A program made the translations under genes and the position numbers. Below, in pieces: positions 12,070-23,059 of a stretch of DNA of 64,000 nucleotides (position 1 is its first letter; every line of letters begins with the position of its first letter). The stretch is taken from positions 558,001 to 622,000 of the forward strand of contig NEEC01000019.1 of the NCBI GenBank assembly GCA_002189035.1, given 5' to 3'. This DNA comes from Utricularia gibba. Taxonomy: Eukaryota > Plantae > Magnoliophyta. The notes under the pieces are model-generated. The model was not told the origin of the DNA, did not search any database, and saw only the letters and a list, made by a program, of their open reading frames with translations.

Positions 12070-13350
12070 GGGACGGCACATACATAAAAATGTTTCTTGT
12101 AGGGGCCGCCAAAATATTGAAATACTATTAAATTTGATTACGGATGTGAATTGTTTATTAAACGATTTCCAATTACAATTGGTATCCATATTTTAAAAAA
12201 GATTTTTTCGTGCATAATTATTTTAAATAATTTTATGCTAAAACACAGAATTATAAGTGTGTTGTTGACATAAAATCACATTTTAATTTAAAACATTTTT
12301 AGCAAAAATATGATACGAATGTAAGTTATTGTCTAACTTAACCTCAGATGTTGTGAGGTTTAGTAGAGGAAAACATTTGAGATACAATATACATATACTT
12401 GTGTAAAAAACTTCATTTTTATAATCATACCTTAAATATTCAGCACATTACAATATTTATGATGATAAGCGTCATCATCAAGGACCATTTATATTAAAAA
12501 AAACATAAATTTCCACTTCATGGTTTAGGGTTTTCAGGGTTTTAGGGTTTAGGGTAAATCAAATATCTGAAATATTCCTGCCTTTTTAATATGTTGCAAA
12601 TATGAAATTTTGCACGGCACATACGTAACATTGCGTTTTGTAGGGGCGGCAAAAACAATTTATGGAAACACTCTCAAATGTACTTACGAATGTGAATTGT
12701 TTATTAAATAATTTACAATTCAAATTGACGTCCATTAGATACAAAGTATTTTTTGTATCGAATTTCTATTTATAATCTGAAATTACAAATATATTATTCA
12801 AAGGCAATATAATGACTTTAAAGTTTATAAATAATCATCCACATTTACATTAGACACAAATATATCTTGTTCTCTCATTTAAATGTCAAATATTTTGATG
12901 CTTTATAAAAAAAATATTGAACATATATTTGCAAAGAAACGTGGTTTTTATTATTTTTAACGTTACAATATTGGTGATGATAAACTTCATTACTATGAAC
13001 AAAAACTACTAAAATTTTTAATGTGTAGTTTAATTAAGGGTTTAGGACAATTAAATGTGTAATAAATTCTTGTCATTTTTAAAAAAAATGTAAGGATAGT
13101 TGGATTTTGAGAAGGTACATTCAAACACACGTAATGCGTATGTGTCGCTGAAATATATCTATAACATTTTTTGTTTATAATTTTTAAAATACTGAAAATT
13201 CAAAATTTGGGACGGCACATCAAACAATGAGTATTTTGAAAGTGCCGCAATTTTTTTAATTATTTTAAATAATTGATTTAGACTATATATGGATGTAAAT
13301 TATTCTATGCAATATGATTTTCTGAAAAAGTTGGCATCCATTATATAAGT
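12070..13350. repeat. Three degenerate tandem units (~540-600 bp) inside the hAT element
   Basis: Units start at ~12070, ~12612 and ~13209 with (G/C)ACGGCACAT...(GGGGCCGCC/GGGGCGGC/GTGCCGC), followed by (C/T)G(G/A)ATGT(G/A)AATT and ATCCAT/GTCCAT motifs; a telomere-like GGTTTAGGG patch lies at ~12523-12555. Confidence 0.7.
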
Positions 13351-13692
13351 GTACAACCCTACCGAGTTTACATCACCTTTTGCTGCATACAAAGGCTCTT
13401 CTTATTAGTGTCGTTGCGCTCCTGAAAACCTAGAATTCATCGGCTTAAAATCGGGTAATCTTGTTGTTGCAACTTACATTATTTTTGTGAAATGTATTCT
13501 ATGCATTTTTTGCTGTAGTATGCGTTGTATATTAAGTTGGGTTTAGTTATTACAAATTTTCTTTTCGTATAATTATGTATTTAGTTGGGTTTAATTGCAT
13601 TTTTCATCGTTAATATCATGTTTGTTTTGCTGTTTTCCATTTCCTTATTTTTAGAATTTCATTCTTATTATGTATCCTTTATTGATTAGGGA

Positions 13693-14900
13693 ATGGATAG
13701 ATTTCGTATTAAATACGTCATCCCAACCGATTGGTTGACAATTCCTGCTCCGCAAAACACACCTCTTGACGCCAATCCCCCTCATGAATGTCCCAATGCT
13801 TGGCTTGTGTCTCGTAAAACATTTGATGCTGGTCTTAGGCTACCTATTCATCCCTTTGCTCTTGATGTGCTCACCTATTTGAGATTACCTATTGGGTTTT
13901 TAGCACCATCTTCCTATAGTATTATCTTAACCTTCTTACACTTGTGCGAAGCAGAATATGTAGAACTTTCCTTGTCAAATTTTTTTGCATTATCTCTTCC
14001 AAAAAAAACTCCTACTGGAATATGGTATTTTCAAGGATTACCAAATACTAGATTTCATCAAAGTCTACTCAAATTCGAAGTAAGTCTTTTTAATTTACAT
14101 TATTTTTCCAATATGTTATTTTACTTATTTATTTAACATTATGATAGCACTTCGAAACATTCATGGTGTCATTGAGAGGCGGTCTGCACCAACATCAAGG
14201 CGAAATCGTCATCAGCTTGTTGTTTATGAACAACCCATTCCGCTAAACATCAATAGCAATGAACAACAGGTAAATAAAGTAGGAATATTATTTAAATTTT
14301 TAATTTTTTCTTCAAATAAATAAGGTTTGCAATATAAAAAATTTTTTGTGTAGGAGAATTCTGAACAACAAAATGGAGATGAGGAGAATGAAGTGTCTCT
14401 TCATGAGAAGGCTGAAGTGTATATTAATGAGGAGCTCTCGGTTGCACGCCAACATGACAAAGAACTCATTTTAAACCAATATAAACACATTCAACGGATG
14501 GAAAATGAGGTAATAAAAATGAAACTTATTTTGCTAATACATGTGATAGTTGTTTTTTTATGTTTTCTAATTTAGTTTTTTTTCTCCTTTAGATAGATTC
14601 AGAAGAACAAAAACAAAATGGACGATTCGGTAGCACAGCAATCTATATACAAGGTTGAATTGAAGATGAAAGGCGATGAATTGATTGCTGGACAACAAAA
14701 ATCTATCAACTTTCAATTGGAAATAATGAGGCTGAATGAAAAAATACAGGTGTTAGAGGAAGAATTTCAACTTCACAGATTGCAAGCTCAATTGAATGAA
14801 AACGATGTTGTGTTTTTTTTTTCAAAGAGACATACCTTCTACAAGTGCGGGCACAAGCAAAGATAAAGAAAGAGGTAGAGGCAGATCCAAAAGAAAGGGA
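13693..14900 (+). pseudogene. Cargo gene B: second Transposase_28-like domain followed by spliced coiled-coil exons
   Basis: Exon 13693-14079 (FDAGLRLPIHPFALDVL..FLAPSS), then 14148-14269, 14354-14509 and 14597-~14900. Exons 2-4 join in frame and encode an E/K/Q-rich coil; the exon 1-2 phase does not match, suggesting decay or a wrong site call. Confidence 0.6.
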
Positions 14901-17049
14901 AAAAAATGAAAAGGGTCCGTAACAATGTTGTGTTTTTTTTTTCAAAAGATTTGACTTATTTTGTAATATTATATTTCAATCGTGACAATCTAATTATTTC
15001 GCAAATGTCGCTTAATTTTCTAATAACTAATTGACATTTTTTACAAAAATTATAAAATTAAACATAAAAGCAAACATACAAATTACAAAAGAGATAATAA
15101 CAATTTTTTTTTCAGTAAAATTGAATTATTTCGTATTATTATGGCTAGCTCCTACCAAAGTACTTATTTAATAGGTGCCGTAACAAGAAAATTATTTCAT
15201 ATCACTTTTTTATACGTCCTACGAAATCCTCTAATGCATAGATATCGCTTCAAATTTTTAATAACTGAATCATGTTTTTCTAAAATATTATAAAATTGAA
15301 CATAAAAAACAATCATACGAATTAGAAAATGGACGATAACAATATTTATTAATTTTTAGTGAAATTAACTTATTTTGTATTATATTATATATTGAACTTA
15401 TACCAAATTATTTATTATATATTGAACTTATACCAAATTTATTTATTTCATATTATTATATTAAACTCTCACCAAATTACTTATTTTACAGATGATGTTA
15501 ATATAATATTGTTATGTTTCATTTTTCTGTGAAATTGTAAGACTAAATTCTTTAAATGTATTCTCGTTTTAATAATAAAAAAATATTTTCTCAGAAATAT
15601 TAAAGATTTAAACTAAAAATAATTTATTAGAAATATAGTTAAAAAAATTCTTTTTTGTACATATATATTAATTTTATTTAAAATAAAAATTAATTCTTTA
15701 AATATTTAATATTTATTAAAAATTTCACTTCCAGACACCCATAAGGATTCATATGAGTGCCTTGAAAGCACCTACAAACAGTAACCGCGGTTCTGGTTAC
15801 GGTTCAATTCGTAAATCTCGGTTTCGGTTTTGAATCGAAATCGTTCGTACGGTTCCGGTTTCAGTTTGTTTCAAGCCTTCCGGATACGGTTCCAAACCGA
15901 AACCAGAACCGTTACCCACGGCGAACCGCGGTTTTGGAATCGACGGTTCGCTGGAACCGTTCGGTTCCGAACCGAACCCAGCTCTAATTGTGTTTTACGT
16001 GTTTTCTAAATTAAAATTTATTGAGAAAACGATACGCAACATAGAGATAGACCGAAAACCCGAAAAAGCTTCAAAATCTCTAAAAGCCTCACTCAAAAAT
16101 GTGAAGAAAAGAGAAATACCTGGGAAGCTTGTGGACAGCACCGAGTTTCGTGACGGTGGAAGTGTGTCAGAGTAGGCGGGAGCGGAGAACACAAAGGATG
16201 TAAGAGAGCAGTGAAAGGAGGTGAAGTGTACAATGAAGGGAGGAGAGGCAATTTATAGAGGGGATTCTCAGAACATGAAGGGACATGACGATTGGGTTAC
16301 AAAAAATGGACAGGAAAACGTGGCATGTCTTGGATGCAACATGTGGCGAAGGAACTTACTAAATCGGAGGGAACTACAAACAGGAAATCGATATATGATT
16401 AGACATTGAGTTGGTGATTTTGATCTGCCAATCTATCGCGAGTACTCATCTCGGCAAATCAAAGAGACTGAATGGTGGGCCTTAAATTGGCATGTGCCAC
16501 ATGGAGGCGAGCCCGGGAGGTACTTATAAATCTATAGTTGGTGGATGACAAAATCAACTTCCCTTGAACGAAGTCAGTTGGAAAAGGTCTCAAAAGCATT
16601 CTAACAACCTACTATAGGTTACTATAGGTTGACAAACCAATAAGTGTTAGAACTAGGAAGCAAAGGCCATTTTGATAGTCTGAAAAGTAGCCAAATTATA
16701 GGAATGTCAAAGCAATCGACAGGTATTTGTTAGCAGGACCATAGTATGGCTACCAAGCATAGAAAGCAATTGACAACTGCAGAATTTGATTGGATCGGCT
16801 CTTCCTATAAATATAACAAAATCTGAAAAAGAAAAGGTTGAACTCCCTACATTTTGAGCTCGTATTCCTCTCCTTTTTTCCGTTAATGAAACCCCCTCTT
16901 CTGACGAGCTTTGACAGCTCCGTGGTTTTTTCATCTTATAGTGGTTTCCACTTTAAAACTCTTGTGTCTTTTTATTTTTTTTTTGTTCTCAAAACCAAGC
17001 CAAAATCGGAATATAATCTATCGGAGTGTGTCAATCCACATTCATGACT

Positions 17050-18380
17050 CGAAAATCGGTCAAGTCCAACAGGACCAATTTTTGACCTCAACAGATGGTG
17101 AGCATACTTATGTTCTATTAATATATGTGGATGACTTACAACTTGTTCGAAATTTAATTGAAGAAATTCAAGTGTTAAAGATTGCACCTCATAATTGGTA
17201 CACTATTAAAGACTTGGGAGATATCAAGTATTATCTCAAGTTTCATATTTATAGAAATAAAAAAGAAATATTTATCACTCAAACTGTATATGTAACTCTA
17301 CCATTAAGGATTTAAACTTATCAGAGTATGATGGACAATTTGATCCATTTCCAAGGGGATTCAAATTTTCAAAGAATCTAGGAAAAGAAATTCAATCGCC
17401 ACTAAAGTATTGAAGCCTAGTGCGGTGCCTCCTATACTTAGGTTTCTCTTGGCCTGACCTATCTTATTATGTACAAACACTTAGTCAATAAATGAAATGA
17501 CCTAATGAACAACATTAGCATGCAGCAATTTAGGTTGCAAAATACTAGAGTGAGATGCTCAACAATGGATTATTCTATCCATTAGAGAAAAAAAAAAGAC
17601 ACTTAGTGCATTATGTGACTTCGATTGGGCAGCATGCCCATTAACCGAAGATCCCTAATAGGATATGATATATTCTTTAGATTTACTCTAGTATCCTAGA
17701 AAACAGAGAAGCAAGCAATTGTATCTAGATCGGTGGGTGAAGCTGAATATGGAAGCATGGCAACCACAACATGTGAGCTGAAGTGGATAACTTACGTGTT
17801 GTAGGAAATCGAGTATCTCAATGATGGAGCAATTCCATTGTATTGCGATACCAAGGTTGAGATTCAAATAATGGAGAACCTTATTTTCCACGAGCAAACA
17901 AAGCATATAGAAGTCGATTGTCATGGTAAGAGAGTGCTTTGGGATACTTAAATCTGTACATGACCAATAAAATCGCAAGTCGTTGATCTCTTCACAAAGC
18001 AGTTGGGAATGATGGAGTATGAACAATTTCTGCAGAAGTTAGGATTCATGGATTACAAGGCTATTGGGCTTGAGGAGGGGGTGTTAATTCACTCAATAGG
18101 CTCAATGAGATGGACAAGTGAAAAAACTGGCAAATAGCAGAAAAACGAAAAAGGAGAAAAACTCATAACATAAACCATGGAATAAAGCAGCAACAACCTT
18201 GTAATAAATATTGGAAAAGTTCTCATCCACATGTATAAATAGACATCAATGCAATATAATGATAATGGAATAAAGCAGCAACAACATTGTAATAAATATT
18301 GGAAAAGTTCTCATCCACATGTATAAATAGACATCAATGCAATACAATGATAATGGTAGATAAATTCTAGTTCTCTAACA
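17050..18380 (+). mobile_element. Ty1/copia 3' remnant (RT-RNaseH, PPT, 3' LTR 18082-18380)
   Basis: LIYVDD and TIKDLGDIKYYL RT motifs; RNaseH-like DFDWAAC and FHEQTKHIEVDCH; PPT GAGGAGGGGG ending at 18081; LTR TGTT...AACA. Confidence 0.8.
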
Positions 18381-19230
18381 CTATAGGTATGAATCCAATA
18401 GAACATCGAAGGATACCAATTGATCCATCGAGTTGACGTCAAAAACCACTTTCATAAACCTTCGTTTCACTTTTACACTATCACTTCCAATTTGACCACC
18501 ACTTTTTGAAATCAAAAAGTAACAAAATCTCAAGTAAACACAAAAGATAGAGCTCACTAGAAGAAAGATAACTAAAATGCACACCTTCATGTCTTTTGAT
18601 AGACCAATCCACAGGAGACACGATAAGCAACCCACAGGGGCTGGTCAAATTCTAGAAACCCGTGAAAGCAGGAGGCTTCCCTAGTTTCAAAATCAACCCT
18701 CCGATTGTAAATCATTTAGGTTTCATTTAGTATGAGTGATAGATATTTAAATGCATCTTCTCATGTATTCCACCGTGAGAAGTGGGTAACTTAATAGATT
18801 GGAAGTGAAGTGGTGCCAAGTCCATTGAAGATGTGGCTTTGGGAGTTATTCACATCAGTTTTCAATGTGAGAGATACTGATAGTTCGTGCACCCTCAAAG
18901 ATGGGGATAAATTCTGTCTATGCAGGGAAAGGAGGCAAACAACTCTGGAGAGCAGGAGGTGATCAAAATCAGATCATAGCTTAAGAGTGCATGTGTGGCT
19001 TTATTGTAGAGTCGGCAAGTGTGTGTGTTTGTTTCTATCCTTATTGTGTTGTTCTATAGTGAACATCCAAAAGGTTTTACTAGGTGTAAACATGATATTT
19101 TATTTGGTTAGTTATGATGTTCGTTCATGCATACACACAATTAACTCAACACTACATATGTTATTTTCCTCAAGTTCATGGCTAGACACCACATGTTTAC
19201 TGATGAACGTTGGAATGGGTTGCTAAATGT

Positions 19231-20332
19231 TGCGATCTAGCACGTTCAACGCATCAAAAGAAATTTATAAACTTACCTATTTTACTAGACAAATCACATG
19301 AATTAATGTAGTGTGGCAAGCAAGGATCGAATCCACAGGAAATAGTTGCAATTTCCTAAAATTTATCACATTTACTAAAAACAAGAGGGTTTTTCTGGAG
19401 GTTTAGCTCTAATGTGCATAAGACATAAAATAGCAGGAGTTAAAATAAACGAGTTGTAGGGACGAAAATGGACTGAAATTAACGTGAATGTGTATAAAAA
19501 ATAAAATAAAAGTGATTTGGCTGGGTTTTATACTAGGGTTTGGCTCTTTTGCCACTCAAGAGAGCTCATAGGCTTAAACCAAGCTTTAAAACACTTAGAA
19601 AATAGAGCAAGGGTTTGCAAGAACAGTAAAAAGCATGCTAAACTTAGAACCAAACACGAAAAGATTAAACAAAAACATGTTCATAACCTAAAATAACGTT
19701 TACAAAGAGTTTCCCATTCACAACAAGGTACTGAAATGCAGTAGAAAGCATAAAAATGCAGAAAGTAACAGCAGCTACTTTGTCAACAGAAACGAAGTGC
19801 AAAAAATAGAAAATAAAGTGTTCAGTAGTTGCTCTCGATCATACATCTGCTGGAAATCAAATTTCTGGGCGAAAAGATGGTGTAGAAGTGTAGATTTGGA
19901 GGTCACCGGAGACGTTCGCTGGAGAAACATCGTTCTCCTCGCTCCCGCTTCGCTATTGTCCTCTCTCCCCTTTACTGTTCGCTTCTCTTGTCTCTCTCTT
20001 CCTTTTCTTTTTTCAATTCAAAAGTAAGGGTAGCTTCATCTTTTTCTCAAGCTTTTAGAAGAAAGATCTCTACTCCAAATCTTATCTTTTCAGACGAGCG
20101 GCTGCTTTCGGCGAAAAGTGACTTTTGCACAGCTTTTTTATCCCCTTTGACTTGTCAACGTGAAAAATATTAGAGTTTTTGGCTCAATTGGTGTCAATTG
20201 AGCCCGTTAACACATTTCACCAAACTAAATACGCAAAAGAAGACAATTTAGCATACTAAACAACATTTAGGCCTACAAAACATACTTAAAAACGTACATA
20301 AAAACATAATAAATACGGTATTATTATATACA
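19231..20332. mobile_element. Solo LTR (Athila-like), 1102 bp
   Basis: TG...CA termini; perfect 5-bp TSD AATGT at 19226-19230 and 20333-20337; GGATCGAATCCACAGG motif typical of Athila-like LTRs. Confidence 0.8.
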
Positions 20333-20469
20333 AATGTGTCTCTTGTTTCTAACAAGAAGCTGGCATCATGTTCTGATATTTAAATGCATCGTCCAATGTA
20401 TTTGATGTGTCATACCAATAAAAGATGATATCTTTATGGAATCAAGTGCATGAGCAACAGAGCTGTCAA

Positions 20470-21538
20470 AAATTGTACTTGCTTTGGGAAGTGAGAGGCG
20501 AAAGAAAGACTAAAGGAGAGAGGATCGCAAGAGTTAGCAGCACATACACGAGGGGGTTTCTCCCCCAACTCGAACACGACGAATACTGGAAGGAGAAGGA
20601 AAAGAAGGGTGATTTTTTAAAGAAGAACATTCAACGTGATGAACAAAGAACAAGACTTAGTCCAGCGCTACTGTTCCGGCCTGTGAACAGTAGCAGACAG
20701 AAATCAGTACTATAACTGCTTTATTTACGTCTCTTGACATTTTTAGTTTTTGCAACTAACTCTTTTACAATGTTTTGGACAATTTCACTGCTTTATGTTA
20801 ATGTTAACATATTTTACTTTCTAAGTATGAGTGGCTAGAATCATAAGGGTGCCTTAAGGTAAAACATGGTGGTGTGGACCTAGAATTCATAATATAATTC
20901 ATCATTGTTTCTTAACTCTTATTTCTATCATTCTATGGGTAGACCTAAGGAGGAAAACAAGTAGTTTCACAACCGAGATGTTTGAATTAGAAATAGACCA
21001 ACAAATCAAGGCAAGAGCAATAGGTGTTAGTGCAGAGTAGAACCAATAGAGCCGAGTAGATCTAGTTCTATACACTTTACATGTAGGTAGACCTAATTGC
21101 AATGTTGGTGATGATATTAAGGATTAGTTTAGCCGAAAATATGAGAAATGACCTAGGTAAACTTAGGTTATTTGAAGTTGTGAGTGCAAGAACATAATAG
21201 ATTAAATTAGACATTTTAGTACCACACCACCTACAAACCCTTAAGGCATCTTAATATTACTCTGAGTTAGAACCAGTATTTGTTATCTTCCGCGTTGAGA
21301 CCTGATCTTGTTTACTGAATTTGTTTACTACTGTTAGTTTGAGCCTAGATTAAGACCTACTGTTGTTTTGAATTCTACATCTACTGAAACACTTAGCAAG
21401 CACAAACTCTTTGTGATCGACCCCGAAATCCACTATACAAGTTTTACAAATTTGTATTTTGTATAGATTAGGGGTTATAAATTTATTTGATACGAAATTT
21501 TTATTTTTGCAGTAACATTAGGAAATTTCCGTTTATCA
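20470..21538 (-). mobile_element. Partial LTR, copy A of a local LTR family (5' end TGATAAA-GGAAATTT)
   Basis: Reverse complement aligns along its length to 47273-~48370 and to 58089-58600; 3' end missing. Confidence 0.8.
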
Positions 21539-21789
21539 ATCTACTATAAATAACTTTTTTATATTGCTTTATTTTTAAGATGAAAAGTAGAATTGTTTTT
21601 TTTCTTTCACATTAGTGGTGCTTCCGTTTCTTTGGATTTGTTTTGTAATTTGAAGCTATGCTTCAAATTATGTAGTATAGAATAAGTTTTAAGATTATGT
21701 AAATAAAATTAATTTGATAATATAAAACTCTTTTGTGAGATAACATAAAATTATATTTTAAAATTTAATAAATAAAATAAATATTGTAA

Positions 21790-22030
21790 AATTTAATATA
21801 TTAAATTATTATATAATTTAATGTTATGAGATAAATATATTTTTAGAACAGATAAAAATTGAATGGTGTAATTTTTTTAATTAATCTTTTATTTAATCCT
21901 TGAAGCAAAGATTCAAAAAATTCCATAATTTTTTAAGTTAATTACAGAATTTGAATGTTTAATTTTATTATAAAATGATTAAAGATTAAAATCTTCAAAA
22001 ACTAAATAGAATCACATCATAAAATTAATA
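21790..22030. repeat. AT-rich dispersed repeat, second copy at ~36040-36270
   Basis: Shared ATTTAATGTTATGA...ATTGAAT(G/T)GTGT...AAGTTAATT...AATTTGAAT...AATTTTATTATA motifs in the same order; no TIR resolved. Confidence 0.45.
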
Positions 22031-23059
22031 ACACACAACAAATCCTTCTTTTTTGCACTTTCACCTCCAATTAGTATCACCTCCAATTGTATTTTCTTTG
22101 GTTTCTTTGGTGTGGGAAGCTATTGAAGCAAACGATCCTCCAACATCGAGGATGCCTCATCAAACCAATTAAAACGACATGAAGACTCTCTTTCTAAACA
22201 CTATTATGCTTTAAATGCACTCTTTTCCTTTGTTGATAAGTCAGTATTCTATCATATTATGGCCCATAAATCTCCCCAGCTAAGTGGAAAAAATTGGGGG
22301 AAATTAGTATTTTACACGTGTCAGAGTTTTTTATTTGCAATTTACCGGAACTTTTTTTCTAATTTGTAAATTACCTTACTTTTTTATTTGTATTTGCGAA
22401 ATGCCTTAGATTTTAGGATTAAATTTGGTAAATACATGTACTGGAGGAAAGAGGTTGGCAAAATACCATAACTTTTTGTTTTATTGGTATTTTACATGGG
22501 TTATAATTTTTCATTTGTAATTTATTGGAACTTTTTGTTTTAATTTGTAAATTACTTATTTTTTTTATTTTTCTTTGTAAAATGACTTAGATCTAGAAAT
22601 TCATTTATTGAACCGCATGATATTGTCTTGACTATTTAAGAACTCCATAATATTCAAAAATAATTATTGTTATTGGTGAATAAAAATATATAACATATTT
22701 ATAAATATCCACAATCGTTATTATCATTTAAAATTTATAATTTTCATATAATAAATTAAATTTTAATGAACATAACCATGAGTGCTTATAAAGAAAAAAT
22801 GATTTATTATAAAACTAAAATATTTCGAATTAAAATATTATAAATAAAATATATTATCAATTTTGATTAAAAACGTGATTTCAATTGTTTTTCATAATCA
22901 ATATTAAATATGAGTAAACAATTTTTTTACATAAATTTTTAGTAAAATATAGATAATTTGATGTAATAATAATTTATAATCATAAATAAATTAATATAAT
23001 GAACAGAAAATTAATTCAAGTATGAAAAATGATTAAAACATAAACTATCAATGATGTAA

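Larger units (their letters stand above)
8779..15986. mobile_element. Non-autonomous hAT-type DNA transposon (7208 bp) carrying cargo genes
   Basis: TIRs TAGAGGTGGGTTCG / reverse complement TAGAGCTGGGTTCG (13/14 identical); perfect 8-bp TSD ATTGTGTT at 8771-8778 and 15987-15994; AACCG-rich subterminal regions at both ends; no hAT transposase motifs recognised inside. Confidence 0.93.

Noticed and set aside
12523-12555. Telomere-like GGTTTAGGG repeats
   Set aside because: Only a few degenerate units inside a TE; telo-box-like, not an interstitial telomere array.
9437-15361. CACTA...TAGTG pair as a nested CACTA element
   Set aside because: The 3-bp flanks do not match (TAA vs AAA) and there are no extended TIRs.
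16645-17040. Possible 5' or solo LTR (TGTTAG...CCACA)
   Set aside because: No PBS, no matching TSD (ATAAG vs TTCAT), and no similarity seen to the 18082-18380 LTR.
18381-18635. Minus-strand ORF with faint LINE RNaseH-like resemblance
   Set aside because: Too short and weak to support; no other LINE features nearby.
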